The notes below the pieces were generated by a model. The model was not told the origin of the DNA, searched no databases, and saw only the letters and a list, made by a program, of their open reading frames with translations. A DNA stretch of 64,000 bases from Polyangiaceae bacterium (GTDB lineage: Bacteria; Myxococcota_A; Polyangia; Polyangiales; Polyangiaceae). The stretch lies in contig JBGANF010000019.1 of the NCBI GenBank assembly GCA_044222475.1, positions 1 through 64,000 of the forward strand, given 5' to 3'. Of the stretch, positions 10,225-19,682 are shown one piece after another (the first letter of the stretch is position 1; each line of letters starts with the position of its first letter). Made by a program: the position numbers and the translations under genes.

Positions 10225-10896
10225 CTACGCGCGCTGACCGGCGGTGCGATCCCAGAGCTCTTTCTTCGTCGCATCGGCGGAGAACATGAAGAGCATCCAC
10301 ATGAAGGGCGCGATCCCGAGGTTCACGTAGGGAATGACCTGCGTGACTGCCGCGGCGATCGCGAGCCCTTTGGGAGCGCGCGCCATCGATCCCGTGCCGG
10401 CGAGCGAGTAGTCGAGCGCGGTGCACAGCGCGACGTTCGCGCGGAAGATCCAGAACAGGTTGTAGAACGGGATGAACATCTTCCCCGCGGCCTCGCCCGG
10501 AGAGATGACGCGCTGGTCGAGCGGGACCGAGCCCCACGACGAGCCGAGCCAGATCAGGCCGACGATGGCGCGCGCGACCCAAAGGAGCGCGCCGAGCCCG
10601 ATGCAGATGCCCTGCCAGTCGCGCAGCTTGTAGTCGACGGTGCTGTACGTCGACCAATCGTCGAGCGCCTGCGAGATGCCGAAGGCGATCGCGAAGAGCA
10701 GGCCCATGCCGAGCACGCAGCCGAAGTAGACCCACTTGAGCCAAAGGTTCGGCGGTGACTGCGGGACGGAGAAGTTGAGCTGCGGCCCGCCGTACATCGC
10801 GTACGGGTTCTGCGGCATGGGGGCGCCGTAGCCATAAGGGCCGGGCGGGCCGGGGGGCGGCATGCCGTAGCCGGGCGGCGGGTTTCCGTATCCCAT
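10225..10896 (-). CDS. Membrane protein with Pro-rich N-terminus (DUF4328-like)
   Basis: Several TM helices; SPGEAAGKMFIPFYNLFW motif. Confidence 0.65.
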   Translation of the reverse strand: MGYGNPPPGYGMPPPGPPGPYGYGAPMPQNPYAMYGGPQLNFSVPQSPPNLWLKWVYFGCVLGMGLLFAIAFGISQALDDWSTYSTVDYKLRDWQGICIGLGALLWVARAIVGLIWLGSSWGSVPLDQRVISPGEAAGKMFIPFYNLFWIFRANVALCTALDYSLAGTGSMARAPKGLAIAAAVTQVIPYVNLGIAPFMWMLFMFSADATKKELWDRTAGQRA

Positions 10897-10969
10897 GCAG
10901 GGCGGAGCATACGCGGAAGTCCCCCGGAGGCTCCCCCGAAAAAGCGCTGCGCGCGTTCGATCGACGGGG

Positions 10970-12391
10970 CTAGCGCTGAACGGCGAGCAGGGCGTTGAGG
11001 ACCTCGGCCTGCTCGGTGATGGCGCGGTCTTGCGTGTCGCGCGCGAGGTACGTCATCGAGCGCGCGTGGAGGCGCGCGATCATCGCGATGCCGCCAGCGC
11101 GGTCCACGTCGTCGCCGACGAAGGCGGCATCGAGTCGCTTCAAGGTGGCGAGAGCCGAGGCGTAAGCGATGACGTCGCCGAAGCGCGAGTCGGCGATGCG
11201 CTCGATGTCGTCGTCGTAGACGCACGGGATCTCGGCGGTGAACGTGCGCTCCCCACCGGTCGACACGTCGTGGGCGTGCGCGGTGACCTCGAACGTGAAG
11301 CTGTGACCCGGCAGGTAGGGCGGGACGGTCACGCGAACGACCTCGGTGCGGGCTTCGCCGGCGATGACGTCGCCGAGGACGAGCTCGCCTGCGTCGACGC
11401 GCCAGCGCACGCCGCCGCCGCTCGTCTCGAGGACGTGCGACGGAGCAGGGTTGCCGGCGAACGAGAGGATGACGTCTTTGAAGACGGTCATGCCGGCGGC
11501 GGGGATCGCCGCTTTGACGGCGGCGGTGCGCGAGGCGACGTCGTCGTCGGAGTAGGCGACACCGCCGCCCGCGACGAGCGAGGTGACGAGCGACACGTCG
11601 AGACCGGCGCGCGTCGTGACGGCGCTGACGACCGCGCCCGAGCGAGCGAACGCTTGCGCTTCGGACTGCGCGGTGACGGTGGGCGGAGACGAGCCGTCGG
11701 TCAGGATGAGGACGCGCGACCCTGGGGCAGCGCCGACGAGGTTGCGCGCGATGCCGAGCGCGGACGCGAGGTCGCCACGCTTGCGGGTGGTGCCCTTGAG
11801 GCGGCGCTCGATGGAGGCTTCGGCGAGCGAGCGATGGTTGGCGGGGATCGGCGGGACGACGATGCGCGTGTCGGTCGTGTCGACGACGGCGATCTTGTCG
11901 AACGCACCGAGCTGATCGAGCGCGGCGCCGGCGAGGACGAGCGAGTCGACCCCGCCGCCGTCGAGGATGATCACGAGGCGCTCGCCGAGGCGCGCGGTGC
12001 CTTGCGCGGCGGGAGAGATGATGTCGACGCGGACGAGGACCTCGCCGCCCCACGACGGGACGCGCGAGTCGCTGGGGCGAAGCGCGAAGGCGAGACCGGT
12101 GGTCGCGACGACCGTAGGGCGGCTCGTCTCGGTGAAGCGGCCGCTCTTCGGGAGGATGAAGCCGACCGGGGCGCGCCACGGCTCGTCGATGGCGTGGCGC
12201 ACGACGCGCGGAGGGATGTCCTCGCGGTCGCGGAACTCGAGGCCGTTGGCGGTGAGGACGCTCGCCCCGCGGGCGCCGGGGAGCGGGAACTGGAGGCTGC
12301 CGTCCCGGGCGAGGAACGGAGCTTCGCAGCCGGCAACGGCCACCGCGAGGCCGAGGCACACCACTGCCCCGAAGCTGGAACGGGCGCCCAT
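10970..12391 (-). CDS. vWA-like domain lipoprotein
   Basis: MGARSSFGAVVCLGLAVAVAGC lipobox; LVIILD and RVLILTDG vWA-like strands with a degenerate MIDAS. Confidence 0.65.
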   Translation of the reverse strand: MGARSSFGAVVCLGLAVAVAGCEAPFLARDGSLQFPLPGARGASVLTANGLEFRDREDIPPRVVRHAIDEPWRAPVGFILPKSGRFTETSRPTVVATTGLAFALRPSDSRVPSWGGEVLVRVDIISPAAQGTARLGERLVIILDGGGVDSLVLAGAALDQLGAFDKIAVVDTTDTRIVVPPIPANHRSLAEASIERRLKGTTRKRGDLASALGIARNLVGAAPGSRVLILTDGSSPPTVTAQSEAQAFARSGAVVSAVTTRAGLDVSLVTSLVAGGGVAYSDDDVASRTAAVKAAIPAAGMTVFKDVILSFAGNPAPSHVLETSGGGVRWRVDAGELVLGDVIAGEARTEVVRVTVPPYLPGHSFTFEVTAHAHDVSTGGERTFTAEIPCVYDDDIERIADSRFGDVIAYASALATLKRLDAAFVGDDVDRAGGIAMIARLHARSMTYLARDTQDRAITEQAEVLNALLAVQR

Positions 12392-12431
12392 GTCTCTTCT
12401 ACGTATGGGGCCCGCGAGACGTTCCCGCAAC

Positions 12432-12536
12432 CGGAAGCGGAAGCGGAAGCGGAAGCGGAATCCGAAGCGGAAGCGGAAGCGGAAGCGGAAGCGGAAGCGG
12501 AAGCGGAAGCGGAAGCGGAAGCGGAAGCGGAAGCGG
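12432..12536. repeat. Hexamer microsatellite (CGGAAG)x17
   Basis: 17 tandem units, two of them variant (cggaat, ccgaag), in the divergent intergenic region 40 bp upstream of ATG 12391. Confidence 0.97.
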
Positions 12537-12725
12537 CGACGCCCACATCTCTCACCTGGGGCCACATCCGTCGGGTCGTCCGGCGTCGCTAGTGCGTCGG
12601 AGCGCGCGTCGCTACGGCTGCGTGCCCAGTACCAACTTGGTACAGCGGCTCGGCCCACCAACGGCCGGGACGATGAGCGGCTCGGCCACGATCGTCAGGT
12701 TGAGGGCATCGGAGGTTCAAGGCAC

Positions 12726-13730
12726 ATGATCTCGACTCGTTTTGCTGCGCCCATGGGGCTCTTGTTCTTCGCTCTGTCGTACGGGCGCGTCGCGTATGCC
12801 CAGGAGCCATCGACGGCGTCCGACGCCGCCGAGGCGCCCGCCAACGCGAGCCCGGCCGCGCCGGTCAATCCGCCGCCGACGACGGCGGCGACGGCGGCTC
12901 CGACCACGACGGCGCCGACGGCGATCACGCCGCCCGCGGATCCGTATGCCGGCGTCCGAGGTTTCTCGTTCAACGCCCGGAACGCCAGCATCCGGTTTCG
13001 ACCCGCCATCGAGCTCGGCGCCATCTTCGTCGCCTGGCACCGATACCAAGGCGGTAGCGACGGAACCGACTTCAATCTGCGCCGCGACGGGGGCCAGGGC
13101 TCGGCCTCGTTCACCTGGCGCGTATCGGCGGAGCTCGAGCTCGCCAAGCACCACCAATTCATTCTTCTCTATCAGCCGATCGATTTGCGCACGCGCGCCA
13201 CCCTGGCGACGGATCTCCGCGTGAACGGGCAGACCTTTCCGTCGGGCACGCCGATGCAGTTTCGCTACGGCTTCGACTTCTATCGGTTGAGCTACCTCTA
13301 CGACTTTCTCCCCGACCCCGACAAAGAGCTCTCGATCGGTGTGTCGCTTCAACTGCGTGTGGCCGACATCGAGTTTGCGTCGCTCGATGGCAGGTACCAG
13401 CGCACCAGCCAGAACCTCGGTCCGGTTCCCTTGCTCAAGGTTCGAGGCCGCTACACGTTCGGCAACGACGTCTTCGTCGGAGCGGAGGTGGATGGAATCG
13501 GCATTCAGTTTCCGAGCGAGCAGGGCTCGGTGCTGGGGCTCTTCTTCGACGCCTCGCTGCGGGTCGGGTACTCGCCGACGCGGTTCTTGGAGACCTTCCT
13601 GAACCTCCGCTATCTGGGCGGCGGCGCTCGCGGGCCTGGCTCGAAGGCGCTCGCGCCCGAGTTCGGCGACGGCTACGTGAACAACTTCATCCACGCGCTG
13701 ACGCTGACCGTGGGCTTCGCGGTCAAGTAG
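12726..13730 (+). CDS. Exported, probable outer-membrane beta-barrel protein
   Basis: Signal peptide ending AYA-QEP, Pro/Thr/Ala linker, alternating amphipathic strands, C-terminal LTVGFAVK. Confidence 0.65.
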   Translation: MISTRFAAPMGLLFFALSYGRVAYAQEPSTASDAAEAPANASPAAPVNPPPTTAATAAPTTTAPTAITPPADPYAGVRGFSFNARNASIRFRPAIELGAIFVAWHRYQGGSDGTDFNLRRDGGQGSASFTWRVSAELELAKHHQFILLYQPIDLRTRATLATDLRVNGQTFPSGTPMQFRYGFDFYRLSYLYDFLPDPDKELSIGVSLQLRVADIEFASLDGRYQRTSQNLGPVPLLKVRGRYTFGNDVFVGAEVDGIGIQFPSEQGSVLGLFFDASLRVGYSPTRFLETFLNLRYLGGGARGPGSKALAPEFGDGYVNNFIHALTLTVGFAVK

Positions 13731-13826
13731 AAGGCTGCTGCGGCTGCGCGCCAAGCTGCCGGTCACACCGGGCGCGGCGGACGTTTCGACGCACGTCGAG
13801 TGGCGAGGGAGGAGCGGTGATCGATG

Positions 13827-14390
13827 TTACTTCGACTGCTTCGGAAAGTAGGTCGATACCGTATCGATTTCCGCCACGAGCTCGGGCCTCGCCTGATGAA
13901 GCAGGCGAAAGACCTTGGTCACGCGCTGACGCAACTCCGGCACCGCCTCCGCAACGTACGCGAGGAGGTCGACGCAGATCGTGGCTTCCGGTGGCTCGCT
14001 AGTCTCGGCGAGGTGTGCCCATAAATGAAACCCGAGCGCCAGCTCATGCCGCGCCTCGGCGAGCCACCTGACCTGATTCGGCGTATACCCCTCCGAGCCG
14101 CGGCCGCACGTCAGCTCTTCTGCGAGAGACAGGACCTCCGTTCTGCGAGAGCCGGTCAGCATTAGGACGGAGCGGATGAGCCGGCAGGTTACGCGGGGAA
14201 CCAGCGACGTAGGTACCCCCAGGTCCGAGACTGCGCTCTCTACGTACTCGAGAGCACGCTGGAACTCAGGCTCCGGGCACGAAGTCGAGTCGAGCGTGGC
14301 AAGCAAGCGAGGCAGCTTGGACGGATCGCGTAGTGCATCCGCATGAGAGCTCCATTCCTGGTCGTCAACCTCGTGCCTTGGCCAGTTCAC
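13827..14390 (-). CDS. Hypothetical protein (possible immunity-like)
   Basis: GTG start overlaps the upstream TGA (GTGA); less GC-biased codon usage. Confidence 0.55.
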   Translation of the reverse strand: MNWPRHEVDDQEWSSHADALRDPSKLPRLLATLDSTSCPEPEFQRALEYVESAVSDLGVPTSLVPRVTCRLIRSVLMLTGSRRTEVLSLAEELTCGRGSEGYTPNQVRWLAEARHELALGFHLWAHLAETSEPPEATICVDLLAYVAEAVPELRQRVTKVFRLLHQARPELVAEIDTVSTYFPKQSK

Positions 14391-14854
14391 GTCGTCTCCG
14401 TCGCGACCAGCACCGCCGCGGTCCTCTCGCGGAACTCTGGATGCTGTGCGTTGATGGCCAGGCAGAGCGCGCGCACGGCGTCGCGCGATTCGCGAGCTCC
14501 GATTCGCAGATGTCGGACCACGTGGTGTCGAGTCTCGGGATTGTTGAGCATTCTCATGAACACGATGGAGCTCCACCGCGGAGCGCTCGATGACAGCCTC
14601 GGCAACATCGGCACGACAGCCGAAACGTAGACGTCGTCGGAGAACGCTTCGCAGGCATGGACGATCGAGAACATGCCGTCGTCACTACTCGCAGAATCGC
14701 TGAGCAACGGCAGGAGGAGTCCTATCGACGACGGGTCCTGCTTCGGGACGATGCGAGCGATCCTGGCGTCGACTTGGAGCGCGAGGTCAGGCGGATTCGC
14801 AGCGATGATCGAGCGAAGTTCCTCTGCGAGCTGAACGAGTTCGGGATCGAGCAT
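14387..14854 (-). CDS. Imm30-like polymorphic-toxin immunity protein
   Basis: LLSD...DDGMFSIVHACEAFSDDVYV...APRWSSIVFMRMLN resembles the Imm30 consensus as I recall it. Confidence 0.65.
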   Translation of the reverse strand: MLDPELVQLAEELRSIIAANPPDLALQVDARIARIVPKQDPSSIGLLLPLLSDSASSDDGMFSIVHACEAFSDDVYVSAVVPMLPRLSSSAPRWSSIVFMRMLNNPETRHHVVRHLRIGARESRDAVRALCLAINAQHPEFRERTAAVLVATETT

Positions 14855-14858
14855 AGGT

Positions 14859-15155
14859 CTAGAGCTTCGGGCCTCGACCCCGGCGGGCGCCCCATATCGT
14901 GTGGACGACGATCACGTCCTCGTGGCTGTCCACCGAGTAGTAGAAGTGCTGCTGCGTCTTGGGCATCAAGATACGCAGGATGACCCGACCACGGACCGTT
15001 CGGTACGTGACCCCCAAGGTTGGCGTGGCGAGAACTTTCTCTTGAACCTCGGCTAGCTCCCGCTCGAAGAGGTCGACAGCGATGCCATGCTTTCGCCACC
15101 AAGTGCCCACCGTCCTCACGCGGCTTTGAGCCTCCAGCGTGAAACGGACTTTCAC
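14859..15155 (-). CDS. Type II TA toxin, RelE/ParE family
   Basis: 98 aa; KVRFTLEAQ...HFYYSV...IVVHTIWGARRG; GTGA-coupled to the upstream antitoxin. Confidence 0.8.
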   Translation of the reverse strand: MKVRFTLEAQSRVRTVGTWWRKHGIAVDLFERELAEVQEKVLATPTLGVTYRTVRGRVILRILMPKTQQHFYYSVDSHEDVIVVHTIWGARRGRGPKL

Positions 15156-15397
15156 CGCAGGGTCCGAAGCTCGGCCATCACTTCCTCGGCGTCGACGAGC
15201 TGCCCTTCCTCAGCCTGGACGACGGACCGCTCCAAGGCGGCGTGCAGCCGTTTTCGTTCCTCGTCATCGAGGTAGTCGCCGCCGCCTGCGAGCACCTCAT
15301 CGATCGGGACGAGATCGACGACCTCGCCCTCAGGCAAGTCGGTGGGCTCGTCCAGAACGAGACGCCCGTTGCGGACTTGAGCTCGAAGCGGCTGCAT
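15152..15397 (-). CDS. Antitoxin (AF2212/DUF104-like N-terminus, acidic C-terminus)
   Basis: MQPLRAQVRNGRLVLDEPTDLPEGEVV...GQLVDAEEVMAELR; AAGGAG RBS; directly upstream of the toxin. Confidence 0.75.
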   Translation of the reverse strand: MQPLRAQVRNGRLVLDEPTDLPEGEVVDLVPIDEVLAGGGDYLDDEERKRLHAALERSVVQAEEGQLVDAEEVMAELRTLR

Positions 15398-15549
15398 GGC
15401 TCCTTCAGTCTACTCTCCGTCGTCGTCGACGGCCACAAGAGGGGGGCGCCGCGCCTTCACGTCCCTCGCTGAAAGTCACCCATCGACGCTGGTGATTCGC
15501 GGAAGCCGAGGCCGAATCGGATGTAGCACTGCGCGCACGGCTTCGGTTC

Positions 15550-18500
15550 TCACCCCAGCGTTCGCAGCGCTTCTTCGCAATCGTCGACGACCATACGGTG
15601 GCCGTTCTCCTTCGCGAGCGCGAGCAGCGACGTGAACTCGGCCTTTGCTTCTTCGGTCTTGCCCTTGAGCTGCAGCAGCTTCCCCCGAAGCGCTCGCCCG
15701 CTGATGACGTCCCACATGTACGCGTTGGCGTCGGCGTAACGAATGCCGATCTCGAGGTGCTCGAGCGCCTTCTCGTCGCCCTTCTTGCCGGCGAGGTACG
15801 CGAGGAGCATGCGGTTGTGGCTCGAGAGTCGCTCGAACCCGTACTCGTCGCAGAGGGCGACGGACTGCTGCAGCGCGCCGTACGCGCGTGCGTCGTCTTC
15901 GAGGTAGATGAGCACGTCGCCGAGGTTGTGCAGGTTCACCGCCGCCTCGTACGTGAGCCCGAGGCTGCGCGCGAGATCGAGCGCGTGCTCGATGACCTCG
16001 GCGGCGAAACGAAGATCGCGCGTGAAATAGTGAACGAGCCCGCGGAGCTTCTCGCGCTCGCACGCGCTCGCGAGATCGCCCTCGAGCAACTTGCTCGCGC
16101 GCTCGAGCGCTTGCAGCGCGCGGGCTCGATCGCCGAGCGCAGCATGCGCCTGCGCGAGGTTGATCAGAATCTTGTGCTCTTCCTGCTTGTCGCCGGCGGC
16201 CGTCGAGATGAGCTGCATCCGCTCGAGCGTGGCGAGCGAGCTCTTGAAGTCGCCCTTGCGACCCGCGAGCTCCGCTTGAGCGACGAGCACCGCTTTCATG
16301 AGCGCGTCGTCACCGGTGGCGATCTGCTCGGCCGCGAGGAGGTGCGGCCCGGCGGCGTCGAAGCGGTGCAGCGCGACGAGGATGCGCGACGCGGCGACGC
16401 GGGCGCGCACGCGTTGGACAGGCGTCCCTCCGGCGTCGACGCGGCCGAGGACGCGATCGCACGTCTCGACCGCTTCGGGCGCCGAGCGCACGAGGCGGAC
16501 GGCGGCAGCGAGGCCCTCGAACCAGGCGGTGATCTCTTCGACCGAGCGCTTCTGCGGATCGCACAGCTCGATCGCGCGTGCGTAGTCACGGACGGCGGAC
16601 TCGAGTTGGCGCGCGTCGGTGCGGCGCTCGCCGCTCTTCGCGAAGTAGGTCGCCGCTTTTTCGCGATCGCCGGACTCGTAGAAGTGCGTGGCGATGCGCG
16701 ACGCCTGCTCGAACGAGCGCTCGCCGAGCTCGGCCTCGAGCGCTTCGCCGGCGGCGGCGTGCATGTCGCGCGTGGCGTCTTGAGGGAGCGCATCGACGAC
16801 GACCTCGCGCACGATCGGTGAGGTGAAGCGCAGCTCGGTCGCGCCGGTGTGGACGAGAAACTCGGACGACTTGAGGACCGAGAGCGAACGCTCGAGCGTC
16901 GCGAGATCGACGCCGACCATGCGCGCGAGCACGTCGGAGTCGACCGGGTCGCCGAGGACGGCAGCCGCTTGGAGCGTGCCGCGCGCTTCGGCGGACAACC
17001 GCGCGACGCGCGATGCGACGAGCCCGCGCAGCGTCTTCGGGAGCGAGAGCTCTTGGCCGAGGAGCCGCATCGAGACGACACGACCTTCGGCGACGGTGAC
17101 CGCGCCCGCATCGACGAGACCTTTGATGACCTCTTCGACGAAGAGCGGGTGGCCGCCAGCGCGTTCGCGGACGAAGCGCACCATCTCTTCGGGGACGTTC
17201 TCGGTGCCGAGCCGGTAGCCGACGAGGCGAGTCACGTCGTCGGCCTTGAGATCGGTGAGGTCGATCGCGGCGTGGCCCCCGAGCTTCTCGAGCGGGTGAG
17301 AGAAGCCCTCGCGCGCGGCGAACGCGAAGACGACGCGGGTGTGGGCGAGGCGTGCGAGCGCGCTGCCGAGGATCGTGAAGCTGTCCTCGTCGAGGCCGTG
17401 CGCGTTGTCCCAGACGAACGTGTGCGGCTTGTCTTCGCAGAGGCTCGCGACCATGCGGGTGAACGCGGCGCGAAGCAGAGTCTTCGCGTTGCCGGTGGAG
17501 AACGTGGGCACGGTCGCGCCGAGCGCCGTCAGCACCGCGCCGACCTCTTCGTCATGGAGACCGAGCGCGCGGAGGCGCGGCTGCACCGCCATCACGCGCT
17601 CTTCGCTGTCGCCCTCGATCACGCCGCAGAGGATCTGCAACATGCCGACGATGCCGGAGAGCGGGAGCTCGCGGCCGCGCGGCGGGCAGGTGGAGACGTA
17701 CCACCCGACGTTGTAGCCACCCTTCGAGAGACGACGCTCGACCTCGTAGAGAAGTCGCGTCTTGCCGAGACCGTGTCCGCCGCGGATGGTGAGCACGCGC
17801 GGCGTACGGCGCGTCGCGGACGCGAGCACCTCGCCGATGCGACGCAGCTCGTCCTTGCGGCCGACGAAGCGACCGAACGTCTCGGTCGAGCCGCGCACGT
17901 CCTTCACGAGCGAGCCGGCGACCGGCACCGTCGGCGTGGCGCCTTCGGAGAGCGGCTCGAACACGAAGAGACCCTTGATCTGCCGCGTGGCCGCGCCGGA
18001 GACGGCGAGTCGGCCTTCGCGCGCCCGAGCGAGATCGCGCGCGCTCGCGAGGATGCCGCTGAGGCGCTCGTCTTCGGTCGGCTTGCCTTCGGCGGTCACG
18101 TGGATGCGACCGGTGTGAATGCCGGCGCTCGGGCGATGCGGGCCGTCGAGCGTGCGGAGCGTGACGAGCGCGGCGCGGGTCGCGACCTCGGTGTCGCGGC
18201 CGTCGGGATCGTCGAGACCGAAGAGCGCGACGATCTGCTCGACGTCTTCGCGGAGCACGTGACCGCCGTAGCGGCGAAGGATCGTCGCGGCGGTTGTGGC
18301 GGCGCTCGACGGCGAACCGCGCGGGAACTCGAGGGTGAGCGCCGTGACCTCGCGCCGCTCGCCGAGCCCGGCGGCCTGGTCGAGGGGGATGACGCGGACG
18401 CCGGTGTCGACGCGTCCCTTCGCCCGAGACGGCGGCACCTCGACGGGGGTGCGCTCTTGGAGCGACGAGGCGACCTCGCCTTCGCCGAGCTGCTCGCCGA

Positions 18501-19503
18501 GGGACGGCGCGGACGACGACGCGGGCTCTTCCGGCGAGGCGAGCTTCGCGAGGAACTCGGCGAGGTCGTTCGCGCCGAAGCGACTACCCTGCCCGTAGAG
18601 GAACGCGAGCATCGCCTCGTACATGCGGCCGCCGTCGGCGAACCGATCCTTCGGCTCCTTCGCCATCGCCGTCTTCAGCAGATCGACGAACGGCTTCGGG
18701 ACGTCGGGCCGGAGGAGCTCGATCGGTGGGTACTCGCATGCTTGAACGCGGCGGAGCGTCTCGAACGTGGTCGGGGCGCTGAACGGGTTCACCCCGGCCA
18801 CGCACTCGTAGAGGACGATGCCGAGCGAGAACAAATCGGTCGACGACGTCACCGATTCTCCGCGCGCTTGCTCCGGGCTCATGTACCCGAACTTTCCGTG
18901 GAGCTGACGCGCTCGCGTGTCCTCCATCTCGCCCTTCTCGAGCGCGCCGCGCGCCTTCGCGATGCCGAAGTCGGTGACCTTGACCTCGCCTTCGAAGCTG
19001 AGGAGCACGTTCTGCGGCGACACGTCGCGGTGGACGATGCCGAGCGGCTTGAGCTGCTCGTCGCGGCGACGGTGCGCGTGGTCGAGGCCCTTCGCGACTT
19101 CGGCGCAGACGAAGACGGCGAGCTCCACCGGCAAGCTCAGCTGTTGGCGGCGGCAACGCGCGAGCAGCGTCGCGAGGTCGAGCCCGTGCACGAACTCCAT
19201 CGCCATGAAGTAGGCGTCGGGAAGCTTCTCGCCGGACTTGCCGACGACCGGCGCGAGACCGAGGTCGAACACCTGGACGATGTTGGCGTGCGAGAGCCGC
19301 ACGGCGAGCTTCGCCTCGTGGATGAACATGTCCACGAACTCCTGGCTCCGAGCGAGCTCGGGGAGGATGCGCTTGATGACGAGGACCTTCTCGAAGCCTT
19401 CGACGCCGAAGCTCTTGGCCTTGAAGACCTCGGCCATACCGCCCTGGCCGAGCCGTTCGAGCAGGCGATAGCGCCCGAACGAGCCGCCGGTCATGCCCGT
19501 CAT
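15550..19503 (-). CDS. Ser/Thr protein kinase with cyclase-like, AAA/STAND ATPase and TPR-like domains
   Basis: LGQGGMAEV, HRDVSPQN, DFG, YMSPE; GERREVTAL cyclase-like segment; GGHGLGKTRL Walker A; GGHPLFVEE; helical repeats at the C-terminus. Confidence 0.88.
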   Translation of the reverse strand: MTGMTGGSFGRYRLLERLGQGGMAEVFKAKSFGVEGFEKVLVIKRILPELARSQEFVDMFIHEAKLAVRLSHANIVQVFDLGLAPVVGKSGEKLPDAYFMAMEFVHGLDLATLLARCRRQQLSLPVELAVFVCAEVAKGLDHAHRRRDEQLKPLGIVHRDVSPQNVLLSFEGEVKVTDFGIAKARGALEKGEMEDTRARQLHGKFGYMSPEQARGESVTSSTDLFSLGIVLYECVAGVNPFSAPTTFETLRRVQACEYPPIELLRPDVPKPFVDLLKTAMAKEPKDRFADGGRMYEAMLAFLYGQGSRFGANDLAEFLAKLASPEEPASSSAPSLGEQLGEGEVASSLQERTPVEVPPSRAKGRVDTGVRVIPLDQAAGLGERREVTALTLEFPRGSPSSAATTAATILRRYGGHVLREDVEQIVALFGLDDPDGRDTEVATRAALVTLRTLDGPHRPSAGIHTGRIHVTAEGKPTEDERLSGILASARDLARAREGRLAVSGAATRQIKGLFVFEPLSEGATPTVPVAGSLVKDVRGSTETFGRFVGRKDELRRIGEVLASATRRTPRVLTIRGGHGLGKTRLLYEVERRLSKGGYNVGWYVSTCPPRGRELPLSGIVGMLQILCGVIEGDSEERVMAVQPRLRALGLHDEEVGAVLTALGATVPTFSTGNAKTLLRAAFTRMVASLCEDKPHTFVWDNAHGLDEDSFTILGSALARLAHTRVVFAFAAREGFSHPLEKLGGHAAIDLTDLKADDVTRLVGYRLGTENVPEEMVRFVRERAGGHPLFVEEVIKGLVDAGAVTVAEGRVVSMRLLGQELSLPKTLRGLVASRVARLSAEARGTLQAAAVLGDPVDSDVLARMVGVDLATLERSLSVLKSSEFLVHTGATELRFTSPIVREVVVDALPQDATRDMHAAAGEALEAELGERSFEQASRIATHFYESGDREKAATYFAKSGERRTDARQLESAVRDYARAIELCDPQKRSVEEITAWFEGLAAAVRLVRSAPEAVETCDRVLGRVDAGGTPVQRVRARVAASRILVALHRFDAAGPHLLAAEQIATGDDALMKAVLVAQAELAGRKGDFKSSLATLERMQLISTAAGDKQEEHKILINLAQAHAALGDRARALQALERASKLLEGDLASACEREKLRGLVHYFTRDLRFAAEVIEHALDLARSLGLTYEAAVNLHNLGDVLIYLEDDARAYGALQQSVALCDEYGFERLSSHNRMLLAYLAGKKGDEKALEHLEIGIRYADANAYMWDVISGRALRGKLLQLKGKTEEAKAEFTSLLALAKENGHRMVVDDCEEALRTLG

Positions 19504-19682
19504 GGCATGTGCCCCCTGATCACCCAAGTTCCCCCGCGCCGCTCAAGTCGTCGTCCCCATCTCATGCAAATGTCGGTTGATCGAGGCCAAAGCGGCACCC
19601 ACGAGCGTACCACGCGAAAACTCGCGCGCTGACGCGAAGATGCCCAGAAACCGCGCTTTTGGTCGCTTTTCCCCACTTTTCG

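Noticed and set aside
11967..12661. Poly-RK, RF, AE or AS proteins in the ORF track
   Set aside because: These are translations of the intergenic (CGGAAG)n repeat; the real genes start at 12391 (-) and 12726 (+).
13827..15397. Integron cassette array
   Set aside because: The genes overlap or are 4 nt apart, leaving no room for attC sites, and no integrase is in the window.
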